From Styela clava (Eukaryota), in the NCBI RefSeq assembly GCF_964204865.1, contig NC_135258.1, positions 13,950,001 through 14,014,000 of the forward strand: 64,000 nucleotides of DNA, in the 5' to 3' direction. The translations under genes were made by a program, and so were the position numbers. Each line of letters begins with the position of its first letter. The first letter of the stretch is position 1. The notes under the pieces were generated by a model. That model searched no databases, was not told the origin of the DNA, and saw nothing but the letters and a program-made list of their open reading frames with translations. Shown here piece after piece: positions 1-11,966 of the stretch.

Positions 1-68
1 TGACAGCAGAAGATACAGTTTTATCGTTAGAATCAGATGTCGAAAGACCAAAAAAATCTTGCTGCTGA
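1..68 (+). CDS. 3' end of last coding exon of RAB29/RAB32-family small GTPase (upstream tandem copy 1; rest of gene lies outside the window)
   Basis: Reads ..TAEDTVLSLESDVERPKKSCC* (TGC TGC TGA at 60-68), a C-terminal di-Cys Rab geranylgeranylation motif. Near-identical to the last exon of the Rab gene at 9991-10058. Confidence 0.85.
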   Translation, partial: TAEDTVLSLESDVERPKKSCC

Positions 69-840
69 TCAAACCAATGAGTTTCTACTAGAGGAACAGA
101 ACTTTCATCATGATCCACAAGCTTTTAAATATCGCGAGACAGTTAAATATATATAAAACATGTTCAAATTTATACAATGCATCTTTTCATACATTTGTTT
201 TTATTGTTATGGATAGTCATATATAGGAAAAACAAAATTTAGATATGGTACAAGCTTATGTCTTTGATGCTTGTTTCAGAGTAGTTCCATTTTACTAGTT
301 CTAAGTTCTAGCAATATGAGCAGCATTATAGCAACAAACAACCCAATACTCGTCTTTTCAATATACAAAAAATAATCTTCCGTTATTTTTTTAAGTAATT
401 CTCCAACACATTAATTTACCTTTCTTGTCAAGAATTTCTAATGACGGGTTATTTCTCCTACCATTCGATCCCATTTTCCAGTAAAAATTATATTTTGTTA
501 CACGGGAATTTAAAATTAATAACCTTTTTCGCGATTCGTTTCAAAATTTGTGATAATAAACAAGCTCAGAAACTTGCAATAATAATATCAGTTAAATGTA
601 TACCAGAGTTCCGTCTACTTAACTCTGGTCATACATGATAATTCACTTTTTTCGCATTCAGACGAATAGCATGCAATTTCCTTCTTTTCTTTGATTGACT
701 GATTACAATACTTTTTGGTTTAAAATAACTTGTAGGCTGTATCCAATGCTTATTTTGCACTCAATCTTATTTTAGAAAATATTTGTTGCGATATTTTAAG
801 AAACCCGGACGCATATTTTTTGAACCCACTTAGACTAAAG
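1..840 (+). repeat. Segmental/tandem duplication unit (Rab last exon + 3' UTR/flank), paralogous to ~9991-10983
   Basis: 1-~600 aligns by eye with 9991-~10570 with scattered substitutions and indels. 730-840 aligns with ~10800-10983 (aatcttattttagaaaatatttg ... gactaaag). Confidence 0.9.
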
Positions 841-1000
841 CAGGGGTCGAGAACCTTTTTGGTCGAGAAAGCCATAAAAGATACATATTTTCAACTGCAT
901 TTCCGTGCGAGCCATATAGCATTTCTTCACTTAATCAGACCTGAAATTTTTACTCAAAAGTCAACACATACGATGTCAATACACATTTAATGTGACGTCT
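841..1000. mobile_element. hAT-like non-autonomous fragment
   Basis: Starts CAGGGGTCGAGAACCTTTTT, a typical hAT/Charlie terminus, exactly where similarity to the second Rab copy stops. Other end not found, so the end coordinate is approximate. Confidence 0.4.
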
Positions 1001-4000
1001 GATGCTGCATGTTGTCGCTGCGGTCTTGAACGGCTGCTCACATGCAGCACAAGTTGAAATGTACGATACTCATCACCCTTCTTTCGATTAGGCATCTCCA
1101 TAGTATTTTAAAAACTAGCGTTGCTAGTACAAATTAAATATAACAAATACTGTACCTAGTACGTACAAACGGACGAAAATCTTTATTTCAGGGGTGGGTT
1201 AAATTACTTTTCTAATTACTTTTTTAAGTGGGCTAAACCGGGACGTATGGTAATCCCACAAAAAGATACTTGTGTGACGGATAAGAGATACACAATAGCA
1301 AATATTTATACATATTTTTGCTTATTACATCACGCTATAGCTAATCATTTACACAGTTGCAGCACCTGCACTTGAAAATTGGGAGTAAACAAAAATTAGT
1401 GTATCGAACTCTAGTCAAACAGCTACAGTAAATCTGTTCCGTTTGATATGATGTGGATTGTGGATTCGGACAAAATGCCCTTGTATACTTGAGTTGTCTA
1501 GTGAAAAGTACGAAGCATTTTTGAAATTGTTATGAGGAAGTATAGAATATCCAGAGTAGACATTCGCTATGAAGTAGACAATAAATATTTTTGTGTAGGT
1601 GCTAGTTGTAGTGGGATGAACAGACATTCAGAAAACATGGAGTTTGTCTTACGCGACGACTTTAACGCATCTTGAATCATGCAAACAACACAGGATAAAT
1701 TTAATAAAGGGATTTTGAATAATAATTAATTCTTGTTACCAAAACAGTTTATTTTTAGGGTATCTCCTAAACTAGAAGCCCTCCTACTTAAAAAAACAAA
1801 AAACAATGGCGATATGACCCAATAACCACTCTGTGAAAGTTACTACAAGGTTACACAACCTTCACATGTCCGAAGGTTGCATATCTGAAGATTTTTCCCG
1901 GTTTGTTAACTATCAGGTCCGAACTGACAGATCTTGTTTCACCTTCCCAGCTGATTGTTTTGTTATATAATGAATGACAAATTGAAAAACTTAAGAATAG
2001 ATGAACAGCACTTTGTTCTGTTGATGGGTTATCATACTATAGGTTTCATTCCATTGTTATCATTTAATGGCTTAAACCATAAATCATGTATAAGGTTCTG
2101 TTGATTGGCGATCTGGCGGTCGGAAAGACTTCCTTTGTTCGCCGCTTTGTTAATAATACATTCAAAGAACCCTATAAATCGACTCTGGGAGGTAGGTAGT
2201 GAATATTTACAATTCAGTTTATTGTAATTGCACACTTAAAATATATATGCAATTCAATCGCATTATACCTTTTCATTAGAATGCGTATACGGGTCAATCT
2301 AGAAATCTAGTAATTGATTTTTGTCGAAGAGCTTTTTAGTGAAGCGCTCAACTCTGAGTTTGGATTCTGGAATAGAATTGAATATTTTATATATTAACAA
2401 CGGTGAAAAACCGTTGGATCCATTTCAGCCTAATAGCCAGTAGTTGCAGCTTTTACCAAGCCTGACTGGTGTCTGCTGTAACAACGATTTATCTAAGGCT
2501 AAGTTGTAGGTACTCAATGAGCATATATACAATGAGTGGAAACTTCCAAATATTTGCTCATTAATCCATTGTGCCCTGCATTTTTTACGTCGTCCAGCTA
2601 AATGGTTCGTTGCATAAGGAGAAAGCATATCGCTCGCTGCAAAAATCCTTTGCTTCGGCCGCGCCGAGTGCGAAATTGGCCGTATTGAGGCTTTTAATTT
2701 TTCGATTCGTGTTCGGTTTTGGGTTTCGAAGTATGGTACGTTGAAAGCATACTAACTATAAGCATATGCTTATTGGGAATGCATATCTATTAGGCAGAAA
2801 ACGTAGCTATAGCACAGAATATGAAGTCAAGTGCGGTAATTTCTAATTATAGCATGGAATTTAGGTACATATTTATCCAGGGGAAAGCAATGGCGATAAG
2901 AAGGCCTAAATGTATGGCGAACCACGGCTTCTCACAATCATAGTTTATAAGGTGCTCCATACGAATCCCCAGGGCTCCCCTATTTTAAATTATTCTGTCA
3001 GTCTGGGATATCTTGACATTAAAAACGAAGACAAAAATTCGAAGAATAGCAGGGAATCGGCTTTCCTCTCCACCTGGGTAAATATGTTAACCCCATTTTT
3101 ATATCAATGAATACAATGCCATTCCGTTTGAGAAACTTTTTTATGCGAAACTTCTTCCACAAAAAAGCAGCACCCTCGTTTACGGTCACGCATTATGGTT
3201 TCGTCAAAACTATATTATTCTGTGTATTATCACTGCAGCGCAATTAACACCGCCAGACTTTTTTATCTTTACGACATGTTATCTTTTTTAGTTGGCGCTA
3301 ATAATGATAAATAAGAATGCGTGATTGTTATTCAGTAACACGCATGTAACCGTCGTTTAGTTAGGGCGTTCAAAATGAAAGAAGAGTTATAAGCTAGTTT
3401 AAGGACATTCTCTTTTATTTTAATACAAATACAGGGCGAAAATAGAATTTATTAACATAAATTTACAATGAGTTACGTAAAATTTACCGACGGCTATCGC
3501 CAACAGGCAGAAACGATGAATGTGAGATTTTTTTGTTTTGTTTCATTTTTGCGCCATCATATTTTTCAATTTCTAATTTTGCTTAAATCACGTCAACATC
3601 GTTTTTGTAAATTTAGAAACGTTGAATCAGATAAGCAAGGCATGTGAATAAGGTATTCTACGCAAATTTCCCGAGATATTGTGGAGAAATAATATTTTGA
3701 CCACGTAGAAATGCCATTATTGCTGATTTATTCACGTGTTAAGTATCAGTGTTTGAAACCAAAGCTGAGTTACGTGAATACTCAACAATTTGCGGAGTTT
3801 TTTAATTATTATTTAATACGAAAGTAACACGGAAACGATATCAAATTAAAACATAAAAATGTCAACTACCAGCTTCACAAATATCGCATCCCGGGGTCAG
3901 TAAGGATAATATTATTCGCTCAAAATTGGGACCGTAACTGTGATAAAAATCCTACACAGAAGATGAAAATCAGAATAAAATTAATTTTTGTTGTGAATGC

Positions 4001-4593
4001 ATTCCTTAATAGTTGTCTTTAACATCTTCGCCGATATTCGTTAAATTATTCGAATAATTTTATATAAAAAAATACGATTTTGTCCACCAGTAATCACGAC
4101 GCATGTAAATAATCATTGAATGACAATAAAAAATCAACTTTATTAGCATTAAATTTCAAGTAAAAGTTCCACATTTCATGCATTCGATCGGCGCTACACG
4201 CGAGCGTGTTTTTGTATATATTCACCAAAACCGACAGAGGCGAGCTACACGTAACTGTGGAATTTCGCTGTGAACGACGCATTGTTTTTAATTTATTACC
4301 CGCCTTACGCCGTCATAAATTATATGAAGGATCGTTAAAAGTAAATAATATATAGGCAAAAATCATAATTGATAACGGACTGTACTCTAAATCAGGGCTT
4401 CCCAAACTAGGGGCCGCGGCACTGAAAGGGGCCGCGAAACGAATTTTAGGGGCCGCAAAGAGAACACCAATTTTACACAAAGTACCATATATATTGTACT
4501 TTTTTCAGACTCCAGTGAATTCGAAATACAATTATTATACAAATAGTGTGAAACAAAGATTTCAAGATTCCGAGTGAATACATCATCATAATA

Positions 4594-5370
4594 CCGCGTT
4601 TTCCCGAAAATAAGACACTGTCTTCATTTTTCTTTCGAAAATAACACTAGGGCTTATTTTTGGAATAGAGAATAATGAGATTTTTTATTATACAAAATAT
4701 GAATAGGCCTACCGATTTCCGTTTACTTATAAATAGCACGTTTTTATTTAAAATAACTGCTACATATAAACTATTAACCATTTAAAAAAAGTAGAAAATA
4801 TTTCTTGCTATCGACTGGGACGCAGTGGTTCTCGAACTTCATCGTATTGTGATGCCCTTTAAAAATATGCTCAAGTTGCGACCCGTGAAAATACGTATTG
4901 ATACCTTTCAAAAGACCTTTTCCGCAATGAGTTTCATATAAACGAACAAACAAAACTTAACGACAGTCAGTGAAATCGCAATTAATGGGCCTTGGTAGAG
5001 AAGCCTTCTGTATATAAATAATTAATCTCAAAGAAGATGGGAGTGCGCAACGCTTTTTGAACCAAGGACAAATAATTTTTATCTACAGAAAACCGAATTT
5101 CCAGAATTAAACTTTTCTATTATAGAAACATCACGGGTAAGATCGATTTAATCTTTCTTTTTTCCAGTGAAAGTAGAAGATATGGGTTGTTTGAAAGGTT
5201 CACGAATCACGAAATTTTGCGACGTCCTAGCAAAATTGAAACGACGCACTTCCACGAGATTGAGTCAAAAAAAAAGGTTGCGCTATCGACTAAGTCTTTT
5301 TTAAAAGCGAGCGCTTTTATCGAAATCTTTTTTAAAATTCAGGCTTGGTCTTGTATTCGGGGAAACACGG
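4594..5370. mobile_element. Tc1/mariner-pogo (Tigger-like) non-autonomous element nested in the hAT element
   Basis: TIRs CCGCGTTTTCCCGAAAATAAGAC / GTCTTGTATTCGGGGAAACACGG, flanked by TA on both sides. Same family at 20962-21112. Confidence 0.8.
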
Positions 5371-6068
5371 TAGAATGATCGCGCTTGCATAACAATGCAT
5401 ATTCTGATCGTGAAACCCGATTTGCGGTTTGCATAACAATGACGGCTCTATTAATCACTAGGCTAGCGGTTTCCGAAGACGATTCGCTGAGTGCGCCTCG
5501 AAACATATTACACATCATATTTATTCTAAATGTTTATTGTTTCAAATGACGTGTTATGAAACAAAGTCATTTTGCCGTTCTATGTGTTTACTTTTTGTAC
5601 GTAGGGTCTGTTGTTACATAATATAAGAGATAAACCCTACATGCTGCAATTTCGTATAGGCTGCAGTTTATTTATTTGCTGAACCAAGTTCATCAAACTT
5701 GAGTGATTTCTTTAGCATTTTGAGGAAAAACCAGGCAGAGATAAAAAAAAAAAAAAAACGTTAATTTTTTGCCTTTATTCCTCGGGCCTACATGATTAAA
5801 ACCCTCAAAAGACATTTAGTACATATTAACGATGACAAAATTGTGTTTTGTTTCGAGGCAGTATATTTTTTGTGTAGGTGCGCCGTGAGTTTTTTCCCTG
5901 ATAATTTGGCGTCGCCCAAAATGCTGCCTTATGCTAAGTTTGATCAATAAGAGTGAACAATTCGAGATAAGGACCATGCCGTCGGTAGCCACACATCGTA
6001 ATTCATCATTTAGGCCTGTATAAACAAACATACATTGAGCCTTGCTATGCAGAAAAAAGGATTCGTAC

Positions 6069-7096
6069 TAGAGATGGGAAGAGTCCGGCATTACAGAGAT
6101 TCGAAGAATCCGAGTAATAGGTCAAGGACTCGAATCGAATCCTCCGATCCCGTGACGTCACAATGTAAAAGTAGAAAAAACACGTTTTTGACCATACTAC
6201 AGCATCGCGCGCTCACAAACATACGTCGGAGCTCATATTTTTTGCCTAATGGTTCCGCAGCTGTTGAATCAATATAAAAATATATTTTTCTTCCTTTTCG
6301 GCTGCCATAATACAAACGTAAACGTGGGTCAATGTGCGCCTTGGCTGTGAACTGGATTTCCAGCCCACCACCTTGCGTCAATTCTGGGCGGCTGTTTAGA
6401 AATTCTTACATGTCAAATAGGAAAATAAAAAGCTTTTGACTACAATGCTTTCCCATAATTCCAGATATTTATAACCTTAAATTTACTATGTCGCGTGTGC
6501 AAATGGTAGAGAGATGCCACTCGTCGTCAATACAATGCTTGCGATTTAGTAGTTCATGTAAACGTTCTAAAACGCTCCATGCGTTCCATTGCTCCCTTTT
6601 TTTAGAGAAAGGATTGCACGTAATAAACTCGATTTAAAAGAGGTATTGATGAGATTCCCACTTGGGTTGATCCTGCGCATGTTTCATATTTATTTACGCG
6701 AATCGAAAACTCAAAAATATTGCGCTTACACATATTTTATTGTGTACCACATGTATACCAAAAAGTATAGATAGTTTGAAGGCGACTGGCGCATCATTGT
6801 TATATGCTATGAATAGTATTTACCTTGCGTTATATTATCTGGATATCTGTCGTCGTTTTTATTAGGAGTGTTTATAATACACACGAGTGATATTGTTAAA
6901 TATCTAACCTTGAATTTCAACTAGTTAAGGTATGTAGTGAGATTTATAGGGGTAAAAGTACAAACATAAGCGTAAATCAGTAAAAACAGAATTGATTATA
7001 GACTCGGTAAAAACGACGTGGACTCGAAATCGAATCCGAGTCCAACAAATGCCTGGATTCGACTCGAATCCGAGTCCGGATCCCGGCCCATCCCTA
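6069..7096. mobile_element. hAT (Ac-like) non-autonomous element nested in the Charlie-like element
   Basis: TIRs TAGAGATGGG / CCCATCCCTA. Perfect 8-bp TSD ATTCGTAC (6061-6068, 7097-7104). Subterminal GAATCCGAGT/GACTCGAA repeats. Confidence 0.9.
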
Positions 7097-10000
7097 ATTC
7101 GTACCCATTACACTGAATAATTGAGAAACGTTAATCTGAATAAATATGTGCTTGTTTTTTGTATTGAGTAGACATGTTAAAGTTTTTTAAAGTGGCATAA
7201 TTTAACGTGGACAAGGCCGCGAAAAATTTTAATATATTAAAAGGGGCCGCGAGCTCAAAAGTTTGGGAAGTCCTGCTCTAAATAATATAATAAAAAAAAA
7301 TTTTATGTGTAAATTCACAAGACATGAAAACGGCAAATTTTAAATTTCAATGACAAGATATCCCAGAGTAATTTATAGTTAAAATCAGTATTTTTAATAA
7401 GTAAACGAATACCTCACAAAGTCCTGGCAGCCTGGGAGTTCATATGGAGCACAGAGCTATTTGGAGAGGCCGTGGTTCGCCATATATATTCAGGATTTCG
7501 ATTTTCCTCTCTCCCTGGATAAATATGTAAGTCCCATGTTATATCAATGAATAAATACAGCAATAACCGCACCCCACTTGGCGACTGATTCATATTATGT
7601 TCTGTAGCTACGTTTTTTGCATAATAGATATGCATTCCCAATATGCATATGCTCCTAGTTAGTATGCTTTCAACGTACCATACTTCGAAACCCAAAACCG
7701 AACACGAATCGAAAAATTCCAAGCCTCAATACGGCCAATTTCGCACCCGGCGCGGCCGAAGCAAAGCAAAGGATTTTTGCAGCGAGCGATATGTTTTCTC
7801 CATATGCAACGAACCATTTAGCTGGACGACGTAAAAATGCAGGGTACAATGGATTAATGAGCAAATATTTGGAAGTTTCCACTCATTGTATATATGCTCA
7901 TTGAGGTACTGAAACACATTGGTGTTTTTTGTTTGTTTGTATTGCTCCATGGACGAGCGCGCATTTATCAGTTTGTCTTGAACCATATTCTAAGTTTTGC
8001 TTATCTTCCTCATTTTTCTGCCAATTTCATGTTGCCTGTTTTGTCTGCTGTTTCTGAAGACGAAATCAATGATTACTACTTTTATCAATAATATATTGAC
8101 TAAACTACAACAACAATTCATCCAAACACATACACGGCGACGAAGAAACAAAGACTTGACGCTATTAAATCCGGGAAGTTTGAACCCTTGGAATTGGCGC
8201 TTAAACCACTGAAGTCGAATGAGACTTTTAACTAAGTTTCTAAGAGTCAAGAAGCCTAGAAATATTCATTTACAAATAATCTTTGCTAATCTGTACGCTG
8301 GGTAGTTTTCTTTGATACTCCTGGTGCTATTGGAATGATGTAACTTACATATTATCACATACCGTTAAATTATATCTATGATAATGAACGAAATAGACAT
8401 TCAATCATGCTTCGATTGGATTTCATAAGTTTAATGTCAGATCTTTGCCTCCTGAACGATCTTCACATGACTTTTTTTTTGTATCACTAATCGCAAATAC
8501 CGAGAATATTATATAATATGATGGACAATTGGGGTTTGCGATGATCATATTGCAATTACTTTGCCCTATATCATTCTTATCTCAGAAAATGAATATCAAT
8601 TATGATATTGGTCACGAATTGTAAATGTAGATTTTTTGCTAAATTCTTGTTGTTGTTGAGAAAAAAAAATGGATTTTTAAATTTGTAGTACTTAAAGATG
8701 GTGGAAGTCGCTATGAAAGCTATTACTTTTATTATACTTCAGAAGCCATATGGAACCCAATATTTCATCTTTATTTTTTTCTGTTCTATTCTAAATAAAG
8801 GGGAGGGGCACTTTTTATTCTGTATTGCTCGACTGCTCTTGTATGTATGGTTTGTTTAATGGTCTTTTTAGTAAAGTCTGTGCTCCTAAACCTTGTCGTA
8901 AAAATACCGATGCACGCCTTTCTCTCACGCTGCGCAGTATAATATTCCTCTTTGACATAGCTTTTTCGATATTATAACATGGCAGGAGGAGAACGAGGTA
9001 CTTCTTTGACACGAGTATATTACAAGGGGGCATCTGCATGTGTTCTAATGTTTGATGTCACTGACCCTAAATCATTTCAAAACTGTACGAAATGGAAGCA
9101 AGATCTCGACGCAAAAGTTTTTTTAGCAGATCAAAATCCGATTCCATGTCTTCTACTGGCAAACAAAGTAAGGAATATAATTTCAATGACTTGTTAGCCA
9201 TCGAGCAACACTGCTGCAAATTCCACTTTGATTTCAAATTATTAATACGAAGTTCACTTTACATCGAGGTCAAGTCTACTGTATTCAATTCTAATCTAAA
9301 ACACAGCATTTATGACGCATGCCTTTCTTTATCACAGTTTGGCGTTTCAAATTTCAAGAGATATTATTAAGAAAAAAGTGAAAAAAAAAATCGTTTTCAG
9401 AGCGATTTGAAAGAATATCTAACTATAGCCTATGCAGGTTGAGATGTGACTAATTAAGACATCGATTTTCTTTAAAAGAGTGACCTCAAAAATGAGAGAC
9501 AAATATCAGATCAATATATTGATAGATTTGCAAAAGACAATGGTTTTGTGGGCTGGAAACTGTGTTCTGTAAAAAATAATGAAGGAATAGAAGAGGCAAT
9601 GAAGTATGTATATTTCAATATCATACGTTGTTACCCCGTTGCATTTGTTAAATAACTGAATTGCTAAGTTTGTTGGCCAAATTAGTTAGTTCATGAGCAA
9701 GTTAAAGATATATTACGTCAATATCTTATACTATTGTCTAATCTTAGTTCTCAAATGTTAATGTACAAGATAATGCATTTTATTCCCCCTTTTTCAGTTA
9801 AAAATTCATAATATTCATTCGACTCATACAGTGAATATTCTGCAATGAATATTTTATGTCATTTCTGAAATTGCATTTTTGACAACAATCATAGAAAATT
9901 TCACTTTGTTTATCACATAAACTTTACCTCGTTTAAATATATTCAGATTATTGATCAGTCACATGCTTCAACGATGTAACGCGATCTCTATGACAGCAGA

Positions 10001-10618
10001 AGATACAGTTTTATCGTTAGAATCAGATGTCGAAAGGCCAAAAAAATCTTGATGCTGATCAAACCAATGAGTTTTTACTAGCTAGAGGAACAGAACTTTC
10101 ATCATGATCCACAATCTTTTAAATATCGCGAGACAGTTAAATATATATAAAAATGTTCAAATTTATACAACGCATCTTTTCATACATTTGTTTTGTTGTT
10201 ATGGATAGCCATATATAGGAAATACAAAATTGGGATATGATACAAGCTTATTTCTTTGATGCTTGTTTCAGAATAGTTTATTTCTACTAGTTTCAAGTTC
10301 TATAGTAATATGAGCAGAATTATAGAAACAAACAACCCAATATTTTCAATAAACCAAAAGTATTTTCCGTTATTTTTTGAGTAATTTTTTAACCTATTAA
10401 TTTACCCTTTCTTGTCAGATATTCCTACTGTCGAGTTATTTCGTCTACCAATAAAAATTCTGGCTCGTTACAAGAAAATTTAAAAGTAATACCAATTTTC
10501 ATGATCCGTTGCAAAATCTCTAACCTAGAATCATACTCAGAAACTTGCAATAACAATATCAGTTAAATTTATAACAAAGTTCTGTTCAATCTACTGTGTA
10601 CATGATAGTTGCCATTTT

Positions 10619-10728
10619 GGTACTTCTGAAGTATGCGCACTAAGATGTCGCATAACCTGAACCTTAAGCTGGTACACAACCAGAGTTCAGGTTGTGCGTC
10701 ATCTTGATGCGTATACTCCAGGAGGTCC
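10619..10728. mobile_element. Short palindromic MITE (GG..CC ends, 8-bp TSD)
   Basis: Arms of ~45 bp are reverse complements (GGTACTTCTGAAGTATGCGCAC..AACCTGAAC / GTTCAGGTTG..GCGTATACTCCAGGAGGTCC). TSD GCCATTTT (10611-10618, 10729-10736). Second copy at 30374-30469. Confidence 0.8.
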
Positions 10729-11518
10729 GCCATTTTTTCAGACGGAAGGCATGTCATTCTCCATTTCTGTGTATCACTAATTGTTCTTATTCATTACAAT
10801 AGGCTTTGTTCGAAACAACTCGTAGATCAATGCTTATTTTGCAATGTACTAATCAATCTAGTATTTCTGAATATGGAAAAAATGATTTAAGTTTTTATGT
10901 TTGCACGTTATTTGTTAATCTTATTTTAGAAAATATTTGCTACGATAAACGCATATTTTTTTTGAACCAAAAAAGACTAAAGGACGTTGCAAATTAAACG
11001 TAGATGGTCATGTTGACGAGGTCGCTTTTTTGATTGATTTTAATCGCAAAATTAAATCCCTCTTGACTTGGTTTTATTAGTATAGAACCAACAAATTTGT
11101 GCAATTCATCTCTTACATATTCATTATTACGAAATACGGAGTTGTTCCAATTGTATGTTTCCCAGTTTATTGTGTAATGCCTCAAGCAAATATCTCTTTG
11201 ATTTAAGTCTGTAAAGCTCCCTTTACCAGTACTGTTAACTGCTTTACTTATAAAAGGAAATTTTAAGCTAGCAATACAATTTTTAATAGGATATATCGGC
11301 TTTTAGTGATTATAACCCACAATAGTCGGTAGATGGTAAGAACAATTAAATGTCAATTCATATTCAATTGTCCAGTACCAATGGCAAAATACAAATGAGC
11401 TTTATTTTTATTATAGATAGTGGGAACAATAGTATTCGGCAACCGAAATGTATTATCAATTGTCATATTCCATGTGCATTTGGGGTTCTAGCATACCGTC
11501 TTTGTGATTAAAATATTT

Positions 11519-11750
11519 AGTGACCGTACATTTGAACCCACGTACATTTGAACAATGTACATTTGAACCCATGTGTATATCTGCGGGTTCAATCTATATG
11601 CGGGTGCTAAAACTCATGGGTTAGGGTTAGTATGGGTTCAAATATCCGTAAAACAAAAAATTTCCATAGGTGTAATAGTATGCAGGTGCAATTGTCGTGG
11701 GTGCAGATGTACGTGGTTCAAATGTAAACGGGTTCAAATGTAATGGAACC
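11519..11750. mobile_element. MITE with TACATTTGAACCC subterminal repeats and telomere-like core
   Basis: Inverted arrays of TACATTTGAAC / GTTCAAATGTA, internal GGGTTAGGGTTAG, 8-bp TSD AAATATTT (11511-11518, 11751-11758). Reverse-oriented copy at 23236-23438. Confidence 0.85.
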
Positions 11751-11966
11751 AAATATTTTTCAATTCTTTAAAAAAAAACAATGAACATTCTTTCAGAAAA
11801 TTGAAATGAAAAAAAGGAAGTACAAAAATCCTATATTTTAAGAGAGAGAGGGTTACGAGGTGACAATGGAACTAAATGCAGTATTCACCTTATACGTAAG
11901 CGGAAATTATATCACGGTAGTAAGACTACCAAAGGGTTTTGTGCACAAACAAATTTTATTACCAGC

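Larger units (their letters stand above)
4393..7275. mobile_element. hAT (Charlie-like) non-autonomous element nested in the foldback element
   Basis: TIRs CAGGGCTTCCCAAACT / AGTTTGGGAAGTCCTG. Perfect 8-bp TSD CTCTAAAT (4385-4392, 7276-7283). Subterminal GGGGCCGC repeats at both ends. Confidence 0.9.
2513..7905. mobile_element. Large foldback-like non-autonomous DNA element with ~520-bp TIRs and 3-bp TSD
   Basis: 2513-~3030 is the reverse complement of ~7340-7905 (CTCAATGAGCATATATACAATGAGTGG... / ...CCACTCATTGTATATATGCTCATTGAG). GTA lies on both sides (2510-2512, 7906-7908). No transposase ORF. Confidence 0.85.
2086..10052 (+). pseudogene. RAB29: RAB29 (RAB7L1)/RAB32-38-like small GTPase, tandem copy 2, probably pseudogenised
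   Basis: Exon 2086-2191: [35 protein letters not shown] (P-loop, switch I). Exon 8986-9167: GGERGTSLTRVYYKGASACVLMFDVT..WKQDLDAK..PCLLLANK. Exon 9479-9603: SDLK..DRFAKDNGFVGW..SVKNN. Exon 9947-10052: ..ERPKKS*. All GT-AG and phase-compatible. The motifs match the Rab29/32/38 subfamily. The VDFALK..WDIA exon was not found and the CC motif is lost. Confidence 0.75.

Noticed and set aside
5187-7986. Short ORFs (5187, 6035, 6091, 7414-7986) as possible transposase remnants
   Set aside because: No DDE, BED or HTH motifs. They lie in TIRs or non-coding interiors of non-autonomous elements.
8948-8962. CTC TTT GAC ATA GCT (LFDIA), resembling the missing WDIA motif
   Set aside because: No splice donor follows, the frame hits a stop before the next exon, and the upstream residues do not resemble Rab beta2-beta3. 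Similar weak look-alikes at ~8330-8380 and ~8586-8615 also contain stops.
10050-10058. TGA-TGC-TGA read as selenocysteine (U-C) or programmed readthrough
   Set aside because: The sister copy has TGC, I cannot see a SECIS in the 3' UTR, the stop context (TGA-T) is not the leaky TGA-C type, and the gene has other lesions. A SECIS search would settle it.
11519-11750. Short spaced direct repeats resembling a CRISPR array, and TTAGGG as a telomere
   Set aside because: Eukaryotic context; the repeats are inverted subterminal MITE motifs with a TSD, with no unique spacers or cas genes. Only about two TTAGGG units are present.
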